A DNA stretch of 64,000 nt from Gonapodya sp. JEL0774 (taxonomy: Eukaryota). The notes beneath the pieces were generated by a model that was given only the letters and a program-made list of their open reading frames with translations, had not been told where the DNA came from and made no database searches. Positions within the stretch are counted from its first letter, which is position 1. Every line of letters starts with the position of its first letter. This document shows positions 62,276 through 64,000 of the stretch, piece after piece. The stretch lies in the NCBI GenBank assembly GCA_027604505.1, contig JADIIX010000017.1:62001-126000 (forward strand), given 5' to 3'. Made by a program: the position numbers and the translations under genes.

Positions 62276-64000
62276 CTACGACGAGGAAGACTGCCCATTC
62301 TGTCGAATTGCCCCAGGCGATATTCTCTCCTCCATTGCACCCATTCGTTGCGAAAGGTCCTCAGGTGCACCGGGGGCGGGGGCAGTTGGAGCCTCTGGCG
62401 CTGTTTGCGCCTCCATCTCCTTGGCGGCTTCTTTCCGTGCAAAGTAGAATCCGCACGGAAGCAACACCGAAAAACAGCATAGTAAGATCCCCATAACAAT
62501 GAACACCGGAATGAGAATCACAGCCATGGAAACATCGGCGCCGTCCAGCCGGCGAACCAAGTTTGCCACGAGTGCGTAAAACAGCGTCGCCCCAATGGCG
62601 AACATGATCAGCGAGCCCACCAACGGACCCATACTGCGTTGTCCATCGGGTCCAGTTGACGGCCAGTTCTCCACCAACTGCTCGATGAGCTCCATCCCAC
62701 CGAGAGCGTAGATTGGAATGAACACTTGAGCCCACGAAACCGACGAATCCAGCTGCCCGTCAATCTTGAGGACCAAGAGGATCGCAAACACCACGCGCGG
62801 GAGCTGCCGGTGGAAGACCGAGTAGACCACAAAGAACCGCTCCCAGCCCTTGAGCGGGCGCATATGTGTGCGCGGGCCCTGTTCTGGGTCCGCATCTTCG
62901 GGGTTCTCGGGCTCAAGGACACCAAATTTCCAGGCGGAGTAGATGGTGAAGAGGTTGCCTGTTTGGGTGGGCACAGTGAACACGGCACCCATCAGACTCT
63001 GCACACTGAGATTGGACAAACTTCTTCCGCCCTCGAGATCTCCTGTGGAAAAAGCACTCACCGAATGCCCACAATACCTCTACAATCCACCAAGGAACGA
63101 AGACCAACCCCCAATTCCACGTAATCGTCCCACTCAATCGCACCACCACCAAAATCTGCGTCGCCAAAACACACAGAAACTGCAACATGTTCAAGTGTTT
63201 TGCTCTCCTCGCCGCTCGCTGCCGGGCTTGGTCCCGGTCGCGTTGAGACATGCCGGCGTGGTTGGGGTCATCTGAGTCGTCCACGTGGTCGCCTTTTGTG
63301 GGGGCGCCGGCGATGAGGAGGAAGGCGAGAACATCAAATATCCACAAGGGGATGGCGATCTGGAAGCGTTTGGGGAAGGGACGTGAGTGCGTGTGTGACA
63401 GAGGAGTCGGGTGTAAGATTACCAATGTGAAATAGCAGTAGGGAATGTCACCAAGAACGTGTCAAACACAGAAACTCACAACAGCCCAACTCCATGCTAT
63501 TGTACCGTCAATTTGCAGGGCGAGGAAGATGGGGAACAAAAGCACTGTGACGATGAAGAAAGTCGCCACCATCACGATGACATTGATCATGCCGACGAGT
63601 TCCGGACTCAAAAATTCGGCTCTATGAGAATGGGAAAGAAGCGTGTTACGCAGGAGACGGTGAAAATGAAGCTCCATCTGATGGAATTGATGCAAGGGTG
63701 GAGGCAACTCACAGTGGACCGGCATTCGAAACCACCGTAAGTCCTCGTTCACCATATTGGTCATAAATAGCTCGCTTATTTGAGTCACCTGTGGTACAGG
63801 TAGGTGAGTATCACATCATCTTTCACTTGCACATCCACACATCCCACGCACTTAAAGTCTCATAAGCAAGCTTTATCCGCTGAAAGAGTTCCGTGGCCTC
63901 TGGACTGTCCCCTGTATAAAGACGTTGTGTGTTTGGTTGAAGTTGATGCCACTTGGTTTGCGTCCGTCGGGCGACCTGCTCACCGTGCTTGTCCGGGTCT
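62276..64000 (-). CDS. DnaJ (J-domain) protein fused to a multi-pass TMEM185/FAM11-like membrane region (5' partial)
   Basis: Spliced (H)[41 protein letters not shown]; the His codon is split at the window edge. Repeated TM units follow: LQIDGTIAWSWAVV..IPLWIFD, RLSGTITWNWGLVFVPWW, LKIDGQLDSSVSWAQVFIP and RLDGADVSMAVILIP. Confidence 0.8.

Overview
Compact, very intron-rich eukaryotic DNA, not prokaryotic, so the ORF track fragments or misses most genes; I rebuilt gene models by hand from GT/GC-AG splice sites and family motifs, and boundaries are approximate unless exons are listed. The gene content points to a zoosporic early-diverging fungus (chytrid/monoblepharid-like; inference): fungal-type RRM, nitronate monooxygenase and aldo-keto reductase sit beside centriolar POC1, EFCAB11, WNK, AIP-like and MGRN1-like genes. 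About 25 protein-coding loci are present; I found no rRNA, tRNA, CRISPR array or intact transposon. The strongest anomaly is a ~3.8 kb island (~44.9-48.8 kb) that is sharply CpG-depleted and holds a decayed SHPRH/Rad5-like SNF2-RING helicase gene, consistent with CpG methylation and deamination of a duplicated or mobilised gene. Also notable: a CHD-type remodeller with an extra N-terminal HP1-like chromodomain, a 98-aa ABM-family gene split by 5 introns, a RING exon flanked by two GC-AG introns, 6-nt and 11-nt microexons, and frequent AAG splice acceptors. A 10-N assembly gap lies at 51797-51806.
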